A stretch of 64,000 bases of DNA, from IMG/VR virus record IMGVR_UViG_3300033121_002356, positions 60,722 to 124,721 of that record; one strand, written 5' to 3'. Below, in pieces: positions 45,001 through 50,133 of the stretch. Origin of the DNA: a virus (lineage: Duplodnaviria > Caudoviricetes). Made by a program: the position numbers and the translations under genes. Under the pieces are notes generated by a model, which was not told the origin of the DNA, ran no database searches, and worked only from the letters and a program-made list of their open reading frames with translations. The stretch's first letter is position 1. Each line of letters begins with the position of its first letter.

Positions 45001-48000
45001 GGGAATTTTTAATGTTTCTGGGTATTTACTAGTATCATGTACAGAACCAATCAAATCATAAGCAGAAGAAAATGAATCAGGGCTCAACCTCTTAAAGTCA
45101 TTAACATTTACTTCTCTAGCACTACTGACAACGGCTTCTCTATATTTATCTAATTGGGGACTAGTTCTAGCCATCTCAGCATCCATTGCTACCATAACCT
45201 TAAACATTTCATAGAAACGTAAGGATACCCCTTCCGATGCTTTAGATAGCTCTTTGAATATAGCTGAATTTTCTCCAAATGAGGTCTTAAATGCAGCTAA
45301 TGTATTTGGATTAAACTTCAAAAACTTATCACTTTCAACTCCTTCTTGTGGACGTAGATTGGCGAACTCCGTAACTGGTACTTTAGCTATTAATGATTTA
45401 TGTCTACCATCAGTACGTCCAGGACCTCCTATCGCTTCTGATAATATAGGAAGATTATCCCCCTCAGCATGGAACCCTATTCCTTTACCATATTTTCCAA
45501 TTACTCTTCTAAGTAGCGCAGGGTCTTCATTACCAATAACTAAAGGGGTCTCCCCAGTAATAGCAGTAGCAGCCGCTGCAACCATTTCAGCTCGTAATCC
45601 TCGACGAGCAACAGCTGCTTCACTAGTAACCATATCTATTGGACGCTTGGTATAAAGGGCCTCTTCATTATCCTCGCCAGCTACTTCTTTTACCTTTTTT
45701 CTAAAGTCTTCAATAGATTTAATCTCTTGTCCAAATACAAGATTTATAGCAGCCTTAGTCTCTTTTATTTTTTGTATTAATTCTTCTGTATTTAATGCCT
45801 TTGTTTTTCGTCCTTCTTCACGATATTGTGGCAAAGTCATTTCCATTTCTTTTATATCATTCTCATCCCAATACAAAAGATTTCCCAAACCTCTAGCGCC
45901 AGCTCTAGCAGTTTTAAGAGCTGCTCTATCCATGTTTGGTAATTTTTTATTATGTCCTAAATACTGAAGAGACTGAAAGGGGGTTTTCGGTAATAATTGT
46001 GAGCCTAAATCATCCTTAAAAACTACGACACCTTTATCTCCTGTTTGAAGAGATACTTTCTTTCCTTGCTGTGAATGGAATAAATCTAATATCTGTAAAA
46101 CAGTAGCCTCATCTACAGTAGACCCTTGCTTAACTCTTGATTCTATTATATCTAATATTTGAGAAGCAGCCTCCTTCTTATCTATAGTAAAAGCAGCGGA
46201 CCCCATACTAGATGTAACCGCTTGTCCTGTTCTATAAACTCTTCTTAAGGCATCTTCTCTATTTATTATTTTACCGTCACTACCAACAAATTGTTCATTT
46301 ATATCTCTAATCAAAGAATGAACACCGCCAGTAACACTTCTTGCTAATCTTGACCCTCTACGAAGAAGTTTCTGGTCTTCAAACGTTTCTGGGGTAGTTC
46401 TAAACTCTGTTACAGTATTGTACGCTGAAGGCCCTATCAAACCCATATCAATAGCCTGTTGCCCCTCTACCGTCCTAAGATAAGGCAAATCAGGCCCAAT
46501 ACCACTTAATGGCTGCTCACTTCGTCTTGTTATAACTGTTGGTCTTGCGTACGGAATTAAATCTCTAACACTGCCTCTAACTCTTTTAACGGATATTTCA
46601 TTTCCGTTACGACCTTCCGATATTTTAGCGGCTACTTCTTCACTTAATGAACGTCCTGATACATTTCGTATACCTTCTAAATTTTCGTTGGTAGCCCCAA
46701 ATGCTAGTACATCATTTAACTCTCTTAATACGTCTTCTATTTCAGTTTGTACACTAAATCCATGCTCAAATAGACCATAACTATTTCTACCGCCGCCTCT
46801 ACTAACTCGTCCTATATCGGCACTTGTAGTTATATGAACCTGTTGGAGTGCTCTTTTATTTTGATTCGCTCTTCTTAGTCTAGCTCGACGCGGGTCACCA
46901 CTAGAAGCAATTATTTGCTCTTCAAACGGCTCGACATCCTCTAAAAGAGCTGTGATAGGTCTGGAAAAATTTGATTGTGCCTTAGGTATATTTTGTGGAC
47001 GATTTCTTAATTCTACAAGATTCAAGAGAGCCCTGGCTATGGGGGTAGACATATCAGTACCTCTTGCTGCCTTCTTCCCATCGTCTGTTGTAAGAACATC
47101 TACCATTTTATCTGCTATATTCTGCCCCTTAGCAACAGATAAATGTCTTACTATCGCTGTTCCAGTTATTCCTAATTCTCTAGAAAGACTAAGTAATTGT
47201 TCTAGCCCCATATTAGAATTATTAAGATTAGCTAAAACGGTATTGGCTGCCTCTTTAGCCGCAGCTTGCTGGGCTCTACTTATTCTTGTAATATCCCCAG
47301 CTTGAGTTTCAGAATAACCAGTTCTAGCTGCTACTGCTCTGGCTTTTCTTTCAATTGCCTCCAACGCACCCGGGGTGCGTCCTGCGGGAAGTAGTTTAGC
47401 TATCTCCGCATCACGAACTCTCTTAAATACATTTTCTTTTGCAGACTCCGCAGCAGTGGCCTGACCTGCCCTATATGCAATTGCTTGCTTTAGTGCTTTT
47501 TCTATTTCTCCTTTAGCAAACTCCCCGTGTTCACCGGAATTAAGTCTTTTAAATAACTCTTCGAACTCGGGTTCTAATACCTGCCCTTTTAAAATAGATG
47601 TTTTAATCCTCTCAGAATCCCTTCCCATTGTTCTTACAGCCAAAGGTCTTTCCTTACTGTATGCGCCCATATTAGAAATTGCTGAAACAAGTCTATCTAT
47701 ACCAGTTCGTAGTTCTACGAACTCAACTGGATTACTTCTAATAGGTCCCTTTTGTCCAGTATACACCAACTGTGCCCCTCTATCAGAGGCCGCTAAAGTA
47801 GGAACAGGAAAAGATACTACAGCACTTTCTACTTCTTTCTTAAATGTACCTTTTAATTGTTTTTTTAAATCTCCAAGAGCCCTTGCTATTTCAAACTCAG
47901 TGTCTAATTCTCTAGTTCCTAAATGCTTTGTAACTACCTTACGTAATTGTTCTACATTTAGTGTTCTAAACTCTAGCCCTCCAAAATCTCCCGAAGGTGT

Positions 48001-49035
48001 AGTTACACGTTGTAATTTAGCTTCTTTAAAACTAGATGCGGCTTTATTACGTTCCGTACCACCTTGATTGTATGTATCGGCAATAGTTTCAACTGAAGAA
48101 GATAAGACTTTAAACCCCGTATTTAATTTTTCTACAACATCTCGACTTAATACTTCAGCACCCCTAGTTTTTCCTTTAGTAAATGTTTCTGTAAATACTT
48201 CTTCTAATCTTTTAAGAGCATTAGCTACTTTTTCTTCACGTTTTCTAGCTAATTGCTCCACGGAAGACATGTTTGTGCTTGTTCTACCGGCTTGATTTGC
48301 CTTTTGTATTTCCTCAACGGTCATAGGTACTGCCCTATGAGGAGGAACTCTACTAGCCGTTACACTGCTTCTAGTGCCTTTAATTTCTCTTTCTGCATTA
48401 GCCTGAAGTGTAGTTAAGTTAGAGAGTAATGCTGGTAATGTATCATCTCTATAGCGATTTACTCCCTCATGAACTACTAGAAGCTGTTTAAGTGCATTTA
48501 GAATTTTTGAAGACTCTTGATTTACAGCTACTTGTGCTTTTTTATGTGCTTCTAGTAAAGCATACATTTCCTTACTATTAGCAACATCTGCGGCAGAAAG
48601 CCTTGCCATGCCCCCTTTGCCATAAGATACGCCTGCCCCGGGGGTAGACGCAGTTATAGCGGCCATCCTAGCGGTATCAACGCTGGGATGCCTACTCTTA
48701 TCAGCATAATTATTTTGTATGGTATTATTTAGCTCTGCTATATTTACAGAAAGACGCCTTAAATCGGGGTCAGGTACTGATTTGGCAGAACTGGGGGTTC
48801 CTCTAGCGGTAGGCGGTGCGCCTTGTGTAAAGGAGTACTCAACAGGGCGTGGAGGAAGTTTAGCATCGCTTACCTTCGTTGGATTTTTTCCATTATTTCC
48901 AAATCTAAGGTCTATAATGTTATTACCAAAATCCTCAATAGACTCTTTAAGTACCTTAAGTCGTCTTTCTAACTCCTCAAGATTTGTTAAGTCTACCCCT
49001 ATCTTAATCTTAAATAGCTCACTTTCGTTGGCCAA
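27016..49035 (-). CDS. Giant tape measure polyprotein (7339 aa): N-terminal two-barrel RNA polymerase, PD-(D/E)xK nuclease-like and zincin-like domains, followed by TP901-type tape measure region
   Basis: 22-kb uninterrupted ORF with TTG start and GGGGG RBS. It sits in the canonical TMP slot between chaperones and hub genes. Domain motifs are listed separately. Confidence 0.9.
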   Translation of the reverse strand: MANESELFKIKIGVDLTNLEELERRLKVLKESIEDFGNNIIDLRFGNNGKNPTKVSDAKLPPRPVEYSFTQGAPPTARGTPSSAKSVPDPDLRRLSVNIAELNNTIQNNYADKSRHPSVDTARMAAITASTPGAGVSYGKGGMARLSAADVANSKEMYALLEAHKKAQVAVNQESSKILNALKQLLVVHEGVNRYRDDTLPALLSNLTTLQANAEREIKGTRSSVTASRVPPHRAVPMTVEEIQKANQAGRTSTNMSSVEQLARKREEKVANALKRLEEVFTETFTKGKTRGAEVLSRDVVEKLNTGFKVLSSSVETIADTYNQGGTERNKAASSFKEAKLQRVTTPSGDFGGLEFRTLNVEQLRKVVTKHLGTRELDTEFEIARALGDLKKQLKGTFKKEVESAVVSFPVPTLAASDRGAQLVYTGQKGPIRSNPVEFVELRTGIDRLVSAISNMGAYSKERPLAVRTMGRDSERIKTSILKGQVLEPEFEELFKRLNSGEHGEFAKGEIEKALKQAIAYRAGQATAAESAKENVFKRVRDAEIAKLLPAGRTPGALEAIERKARAVAARTGYSETQAGDITRISRAQQAAAKEAANTVLANLNNSNMGLEQLLSLSRELGITGTAIVRHLSVAKGQNIADKMVDVLTTDDGKKAARGTDMSTPIARALLNLVELRNRPQNIPKAQSNFSRPITALLEDVEPFEEQIIASSGDPRRARLRRANQNKRALQQVHITTSADIGRVSRGGGRNSYGLFEHGFSVQTEIEDVLRELNDVLAFGATNENLEGIRNVSGRSLSEEVAAKISEGRNGNEISVKRVRGSVRDLIPYARPTVITRRSEQPLSGIGPDLPYLRTVEGQQAIDMGLIGPSAYNTVTEFRTTPETFEDQKLLRRGSRLARSVTGGVHSLIRDINEQFVGSDGKIINREDALRRVYRTGQAVTSSMGSAAFTIDKKEAASQILDIIESRVKQGSTVDEATVLQILDLFHSQQGKKVSLQTGDKGVVVFKDDLGSQLLPKTPFQSLQYLGHNKKLPNMDRAALKTARAGARGLGNLLYWDENDIKEMEMTLPQYREEGRKTKALNTEELIQKIKETKAAINLVFGQEIKSIEDFRKKVKEVAGEDNEEALYTKRPIDMVTSEAAVARRGLRAEMVAAAATAITGETPLVIGNEDPALLRRVIGKYGKGIGFHAEGDNLPILSEAIGGPGRTDGRHKSLIAKVPVTEFANLRPQEGVESDKFLKFNPNTLAAFKTSFGENSAIFKELSKASEGVSLRFYEMFKVMVAMDAEMARTSPQLDKYREAVVSSAREVNVNDFKRLSPDSFSSAYDLIGSVHDTSKYPETLKIPIPAALRRGSESQLPEYVVIPSAAARGTFQTNTGSVGQDQLGRAITSVVSSLQEYNTGELFPKTALQAGVSSYGSKLKDLIEEAKEDPKKAQEISDEIDRVAKASIGERNKTALKDIIGTNISEAPTPAVRKNMLIHKVSELENYFIRGYRYRDPHEGGSVGHPSVFSEISRLYSNDDTRAQASAQYEQLATIFSDSSNRLGFKGLGFRPGEETNPEVASQVQYGIKGLMDASQQQVFGKGSIFHTGTSELRYPTMMLPITNRQVDISDQLKSVRDLSEKLAGSDMSDFASFGPHLEKLMEESKKVKTTSLETVEMHEDRLKELLNNMVSSGYTDEDTRDKLLAQAKTEGIGSFVTRFPITDFKSFQGRILKTHNEDDNKFSLRIAGGLSKASQEAALDPALIQFKGGRAVGGKLVTARDEISEQRSKLLSMPIGSLTDVDKDKLKDLNLRYTALSKAIQALTNTFHSMSMAADFDGDKFFISLMAGTDAQKELVRSVTKLAKGYEMVNGKPVLVTDFMSELQDQQMSGKGPKIRTSNTSSANAGGIDILDTIDSLFMNEQLPGFFSGRTGKEDEIQAPSYGLMGNLRGPEAKLAVSDAFKQFIKIRGGDGEAPTEYGQEGRMAIGEKALRSSLEKVGVSLPSRPIVLGSLEGEETQKNLDAMASEAVDQLEAKSTILKLAGPKLLTGAVTESTNTVVRLLEAENKRALANISKRHSIGIDSKEQEALSDEFKTREGAFQHSSAGVIQEALSTKFGNIPVALKLLNALNAPAHSEDSGGEMSFNDFMSSIKEGGGFESLNEPARANKAARISELSKLTPEKLQQRLLAFARIREEMAPGSTVNLRDAGGGFKEYSAKQIEQGIEDAKKNEGIFAGKSGITGAGIIDTMSSEYSPREIVKLMRSTLERNTISSVSDKMQSREWQLRRGGKTEREARGEILEQIAKVFGFLKDFKPDLPGMASKFSKLDVGGIHDLSTASIREIVAAAVRIKGPRVFETVAPVRQFANKGIDRLREMLGYIGGDEESAGKAALSGGVTASFLKSIVRAINPDFVTADTGAVQLSHKEAEKYLSEYDDKVSSLRKRVLSRQDKHAEAYGLLSGSKEGEEVEIEPPESVKELDKEIALMFQRVQLPSKSNLGTLSQPTFFAREKFIRSVKASSALQEHKDALLSKFDMSDNEFLGLDSLPNEGLENFSGDTDVTTSYKELQTEFKKDRNRRLIREKKHLQLLLKKRSLIGTLDDVPEGHEPQEWVEEERKNNERAISRSKLRIGTVYNAVRLEKIKELDALGKGGANSLQLMRLMSQAGGVTDTDTEEIKKAEAIKAASTGGPSIPGASSVAVTGGGSSSGLMSDAQFKALVELQSKMLQILTESQHTLVRLVEATNRQRARGGYDYEKAEVSGAGSRKFSNFDRASIDALNTLGIVPEEKEVEDFFKSLVEKGSNRGKMYLSPSMVATAAAAGDNLSLSTFRSSKGILGVDKKGIPAKVRESLGFEPEKSDPAILGTAVGRAYVAFAAEFKGDRENLEKARARGLAVLRESIESEHPQKGTVELHHMAETMYDKSIETEDRRKLAEEAIGSELSLKTGGVAAGSVPYSIGGKADIMTTEVSPATGMNLLGLYDVKTSKELKGEADPAALLSGKNNKFRNQLMPYGLALYELKKRLKGKSDEEIDTAVRSQVESMRPRDEGQDRPANQEDKDLFKPDRLIAGIKDYVKGNRELALGIAPLDLPAQSVVVTDDKFEAYKAELEANIIKWQQFIERALQRLSEGDISNVGLSTARGRQEGGYGREVGSYRRLGVFTPDLTQGGMEFLAHSGISGSDNDLKIQQYMNMHKILRAYGAKAVEDPNRYLFSEENTDIYGQFAGGVPKLNEKAFPTIAEALRGNKLVTYGKFDPSKLLGKIDDMDDEEKMKLVSTLAHEGGHLALSKSFGGGYGEGQLGSSMLDRVLEDKDKGMLGLLTDQARKVISTNAISPRVQSELGFEEGDVGRTKMNKALLEGVSQFASEGKVVPLDTNVAEEKVASVYKNVLMTALEELLVGVMVRTSIGVSAPNLGPLRNFNDPRILASLQKMAQRAASPSAPDSDYAKFSSGKRGSSEYPISTRLGISKEALASMSDAELESLLVSAPSASSAGYTARRLPSIEKALSGSGTFTMRLGELSGAGARGKELDKNDKNRAYTSNQGKLRRVMGLIEGLGTPQSQREGLEFQTVGTKKHLRWLEMIEKQAERYGHTFSRTEEDGIVSISVGRGSGVSASATRLPSEIDKDIAKRDKYFRRPSILTRRERFSRDRRAANSYATLESRLATLKDERERARIETPFSSPSADVLRLTGGSGGGDSDFDPGLFDFIGGIFEQNATPEEAAARHGTVPVEVQDRKKISHEDSLEKIVNSPVIKTLRQKHGLFRTTFGEKFGPVPTYFDFSETKGFDENSALFKLLSGARAGLTPSEDTKKELLAALGELHETAKKAQTGVVGREELHKSLKKAMDIGDRIAGGKEGSALSKINPTSFWAEYYDLAYQSDTANLEKTQKVAQELQAKPIKERDTTWTSQVESVERDYERLTRSIGEHMGRKFATRQSFPYAPRGRGRGLEGGYIGLEEGIADIPGFTDAFNRAKRDEASREPNNAVVLRAAQIGAGTIMSDAPPSVRLNEILTPLLDPSNRPFFSDYLRDTIATTRGIFDTRMKAGKTSEKERRDQTLIEATLKKLYAGVEKSSMGSLVMSEEHADIVASGFMKEVAAMQKRNPKFNPGEYLFGKGYKGRVGRTEIREMLLNLPDEIPHENMAMLAPGFQEKLQRENLGRLRLRVYASDYLGKKFPGIREHYADSLHAFEPGTSIGQNQKITDSSGRIIQTRNTIIRPRGPDPELSFRDISEKVENNAPSSNQTLSNAFKRVALWGTASGVVYGLIRAIGSMAQVIKQTEVNMIELQKVMNPATTDFGKLRDSAVGFAKEFGTSVNTVLDSFVVFAKQGLGQSEVLERGRTSVLAGNVTEGMKPEKATEILTSALKQFPEEGGDALRFLDSLNEVANRFAVTETDLGDSLLRAGASAKVAGVSFDEFLGLTTALVEVTRKTGRETGTSLNYMLRSLYRPKSRQALAEIGIPVVDAKGLRTATDILKDLSTVFDSLSAEQKLNVVEATVGTRRYNDFAVILHNFDTALSATTISANSQGSAMRENQLVMESYAKKVEVLKASTDALAIKFGDVLLPVAKAVVATMTGMVHIFTEIPNSVKIATAAAASLLIVLGKIQEIKGMTGDLLGGASPLKLFSNLKIGLATGLEKVIPMLTSNTKLLGGTVAALALLFTDVGDAAKKTFSNLKDDIDSLLDSKLKIGLTGESTEKKLNLSIFKEEDTSSRSASASARLAKTGQAFLKSYNLEKAGPEGTAEALSKISEGTFESPLAIRKKALIEQQSIINEVARINLDLVDSYDKQGNAILKTNNLLSIQLDLVKSLSDTAIAFSKIKIAEGFANDLGNLSNNWDIMRQRFKELLSHFGAGGRYLEKQIDTKPINALNYYTNRMEVLTDKRKTGDKSVDPEMRELQTKIAEAQTDVDTILNRIYENLIPASKNLAPSDVLTKLSSDANKNALTEFSRRELAKEGALTGSAYDKINAVDTRAKENLAALVFSQFGIPTRGTTSGRGIAEKYMEAGLTPKGISEGRAAPSNRDVITFSDEIADKLRVAAKFAVYIGDRFQTLGNDNEIKSFTTDQFNEAMSSVADNAQSKFVMMFSNVARDTETLFEAAVKEARRISTGAGFGISFPGDINTGARLEKELEPQLRLYRTFGNNLINIRGEDAGGKRENFLDIVRKQQETLKSRKEALGLTKEGGRNSQFDSEEVDNLVKISGASRKAVTDLQETLANNSAIITFSQEIQSLGDVLNNVADSIRERRELLQFKEFDERNYLTGGRNRPPIDLGTRRINLSPFERQVQGGGGITSLVDTFNETKALVSDFSSAGQNAVKSKLLVQNIIRDFTKAGISPDTKSLEEVGAAAKSGNLGQYENKELALKSIEVNKDIFTESARTNEILEIIAKNTVEGFTEKDKDARVKSLQSKLPQTFQAVDKAAKEGDFSTLTSIISNVFTSGGIPEKTKLAIRDAIIERTREVGDRTIQEAPLEITQGRNMKDALESKLADLAALTPGGDKTTDPIKFRANLGEFEKLTLAILDNIISSTKAQASELASSGDRLTTILDGLKATIDAVLGAVEGGFNSILSTFNQLSTVVATPSIGVGELAGFKNVNPSIDLRRRKEDLSPEERLFSSRQEDVFSVNILNSALQESGTMLTGLKDKLVQFSKEGRSQAERNVLSNTIRDIQSAREDMTDQLKILADSLSKGLDIQKMISSLESLRKQLDTFKIDKDNLYSKASYDTAQGLQPRQLLDGTNGQKYFGSAGLTASQQEVERTQKKHPSIIDDRNASLAKEAADEARRLKENQEELARQQSVGEEARKVAIEGVRLNVPGSKALLNDINAELAGSGRIVGEKNHVPEFAGIDLEGSAIDRGIRSLTLELEKTKANTNAEAIAGKLGGTFKDLFSNFILAEDALFQRSDSVAIANTDRMVDILQQIVKNANNSMAGGVIPSGGTTGGVAGGASSGVPGAVGTIFASNGGPMYTGAGGRYYNTSGYQIASEGVKAAGIGIAGSLPSSTSPSSSAFNIPDMLSPESALIDGIYDIKGPVLPPSTVNSSNPLASKAFTMPSFSSGVDVTTAGLTNDLARTVPLMGDFNTISARRAAAEAARAAAKVKNVITPEAAYAMKRAYYVSRKGRDYSKFPEFVPTEAGITTPTNPVGPKVRESIPKLNGYLEEVRDAFFPKPDPNLNWPENVYTAAAREGRTGAAIAREAAAPLEEAAPKLGFFRRMGRYMSAGADSVGGLAKNIPGGALSKAVVPMGIAVGASDVYTDYRGSRQAGSTRTMATYDAFMGPRRRTDDVPTLSYITNTASNVLRPSSSGMFIGGFLGGLAGIPGGPPGIVAGAATGAAWGGAGGLALGAAGEITNQRFSSKDKDNPLRDSVEYFTSPLSYYFRGANRRRNALNEEVKTIQESIDAGQTGPDIEKRLEEALKKKKASEDIVSLAPDVMSGKGIPRDLFNKLLESDKILGPPPKYKDSISPSPIFVKWEKFNEAFSDNKKETAIDDKQVQRGFKDIRDRFTKELDRIRRNRESSGPFTDVELKEARDSAMSSYANSYTSNFLKSVDNPDNETSLSSNFAAREKFAKSFAGHSETLRNYGTDKYDKNKLNASLTNFPSTPNFPEPKPSPYSSGYSSDIMPLIPSPVSGSGLDTFKKVQEAFKELEKAAESSGVTLQDISDRKFYGFKSQLYTIATTLKDLQRLTPGATVREYKGNILQPHEFDTSTSSMARPILESVRTGEVTVENEEAMKNLLKTIEAVKTQLNTKRREGYVEPEPEERLKEKADKAVKSAADAVSLDTSTMSLVPSPDKSTIKDGTSIVGGPRKGTGGGLEALKGLYSSEGFNPDQIGNKLNNFFDNLILELRNKNVSDETLKKLSPDMSFPSIINTVREDAQGANLFGAANASLLSGNRQTGSYFEDIMLANDRARRPAIGLSNTTGANNTLSIMNEANGTSYGLQRYGAVARRDPEIDKMAYTVNIPSKKLSKETENAYFTGNVDVETRNRQLAALGKLSEGGDSPFAGLGLSGSGQLVTRTPSDIMVEDRFNLGEIYGNNDFQKAKVGQATFGLLQSDGTKLPTPIDPFGMKGALATSVANSTALQPSVQALVRSVGPSGISPTSAFGDTVTGTNLANNGVIAAFAAGTTGKAKDDYTKNIDTVKAFGLDKTFEQLGGTFKYSGGGQKAFLGGKEISAENFAKFTQHGLDSEAAKPLADLLGVKAAGLDGKTSTDKEAEGATTADGKKAQAPELTVSKIIVQTEITTPAIKAGSLQISGDESKKSNTASAAGADEILISSITESVIQKLEMPNIKEQVASAVQIANDATNKISAVADRVRAVTGVANAANATAASADRKAEAALAAARANNYKPSPPP
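35480..36280 (-). other. TP901-family tape measure core domain (about aa 4255-4520)
   Basis: 'MIELQKVM...LRDSAVGFAKEFGTS...FAKQG...LDSLNEVANRFAVTETDLGDSLLRAGASAKVAGVSFDEFLGLTTALVEVTRKTGRETGTSL'. Confidence 0.9.
38890..39480 (-). other. Zincin-like metallopeptidase motif region within the TMP
   Basis: 'STLAHEGGHL' (HExxH, aa 3262-3266, nt 39238-39252). Candidate third ligand in 'ALEELLV' at about aa 3377. Confidence 0.55.
40020..40670 (-). other. PD-(D/E)xK (RecB/Cas4-like) nuclease domain within the TMP (about aa 2790-3005)
   Basis: LSPS, 'ILGTAV', 'SELSL', 'IGGKADI' (D2945), 'YDVKT' (D2964/K2966) and 'QLMPY' occur in canonical order. Confidence 0.75.
42440..46970 (-). other. Single-chain two-barrel (beta + beta'-like) RNA polymerase region within the TMP (about aa 690-2200; boundaries approximate)
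   Basis: FED aa 885-887; GKKVSLQTGDKGV aa 991-1003; PID-x10-R aa 1132-1145; GKGSIF..R aa 1583-1596; RFP aa 1701-1703; DFDGD aa 1818-1822 (nt 43570-43584) followed by AQKE. Confidence 0.88.
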
Positions 49036-49076
49036 AGCAATAACCCCCTATTAAACTATCTTGCAGTTAAATTACT

Positions 49077-50123
49077 TCATACTTTATTTACTTCTCCCTT
49101 TTCCCTAACTGCACTTGATGCTTTTTCATCCTTTTTAAACTTCTTATGATGATTATACTCAACGTCCTTATATATAGGATTAGACGCTGTTATAATAACA
49201 TCTCCATGGTCAGTAGCAGAAGGCGTTTTACTTCTGTTCTTCCCAAGAAATTTATTACCATCTTGTCTAAGTGTACGCTCATTTCGTCTATTGGTCATAA
49301 TTTCTTCCATATAGGCATCAAGGGCTTCATCATCTCCTATAATTTCATCAGGAGGTATTTCGTCTGGAAGCATGTCATATAAAGAGCGGTACCATCCCGC
49401 CCAATAAGTAACACTTAGCATATCAATGGTGTACTCAGCTGTTGGTAAATTAAATATAGGGGTTGACGTTTTAGATGAACTTAAATATCTAATAATAAAG
49501 TGATTACTTCTAGCTATCGCACGTATTACAGACACAGGGAGCCCATGATAAAAGCTAATGTAGCTAAAAAGTAAAAAATTTCTTAATCTATTATCAGACT
49601 CATTTTCGAACTCATCTTTAGTTTTCCAAACTAATACTTCGTTCCAATCTTTATCGTATTCATAACAACCAGTATAACATAAGTATATATACTGTTCTTC
49701 TCTTGCTTTGGCCTCACAGGTCCTTTCCATTAAGATGAGTTTCTTTCTCTTTATTACGTCAATCTCTTCCTGCATTCTATTTATTATTTGTACCAAACGG
49801 TCTCTTTTTGCAGGAACTCTATAAGTCTTTTCAAGAACAGCTTGCTGTCCTTTAATTTTATCTTCAATTTCTTTTATTTTTCTTTCATCTTCTTCAGTAT
49901 ATAATTTTCTAGATTCTATAACCTTCTCTAAAGCGGTCTCAGTAGGGAGGCCAAACTCAATAGCCTCCCTTAATGTATTTTTATACACAATACGAGACTT
50001 AAATATTGTCTCTTGAGAAGGGTGCTTTAAAATATATGTCTTACCACTATATTCTACAATGGACCTTCCTAAAGAAATGTCATTAATATAATCAACGACC
50101 TCATTTGTGGAAAGAGTAACCAT
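49077..50123 (-). CDS. Tail assembly chaperone, long form
   Basis: Immediately upstream of the TMP; helical and charged; paralogous to 50134..50991 with a C-terminal extension. Confidence 0.65.
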   Translation of the reverse strand: MVTLSTNEVVDYINDISLGRSIVEYSGKTYILKHPSQETIFKSRIVYKNTLREAIEFGLPTETALEKVIESRKLYTEEDERKIKEIEDKIKGQQAVLEKTYRVPAKRDRLVQIINRMQEEIDVIKRKKLILMERTCEAKAREEQYIYLCYTGCYEYDKDWNEVLVWKTKDEFENESDNRLRNFLLFSYISFYHGLPVSVIRAIARSNHFIIRYLSSSKTSTPIFNLPTAEYTIDMLSVTYWAGWYRSLYDMLPDEIPPDEIIGDDEALDAYMEEIMTNRRNERTLRQDGNKFLGKNRSKTPSATDHGDVIITASNPIYKDVEYNHHKKFKKDEKASSAVREKGEVNKV

Positions 50124-50133
50124 TAAGCACCTA

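Noticed and set aside
42440-46970. Host rpoB/rpoC locus or contamination
   Set aside because: Highly diverged, single chain, in frame with a tape measure core and surrounded by phage tail genes.
27764-49054. Many plus-strand ORFs (up to 250 aa) opposite the giant gene, and similar ones opposite other genes
   Set aside because: Ser/Leu/Phe-rich antisense shadows of the minus-strand frame, with no recognisable domains.
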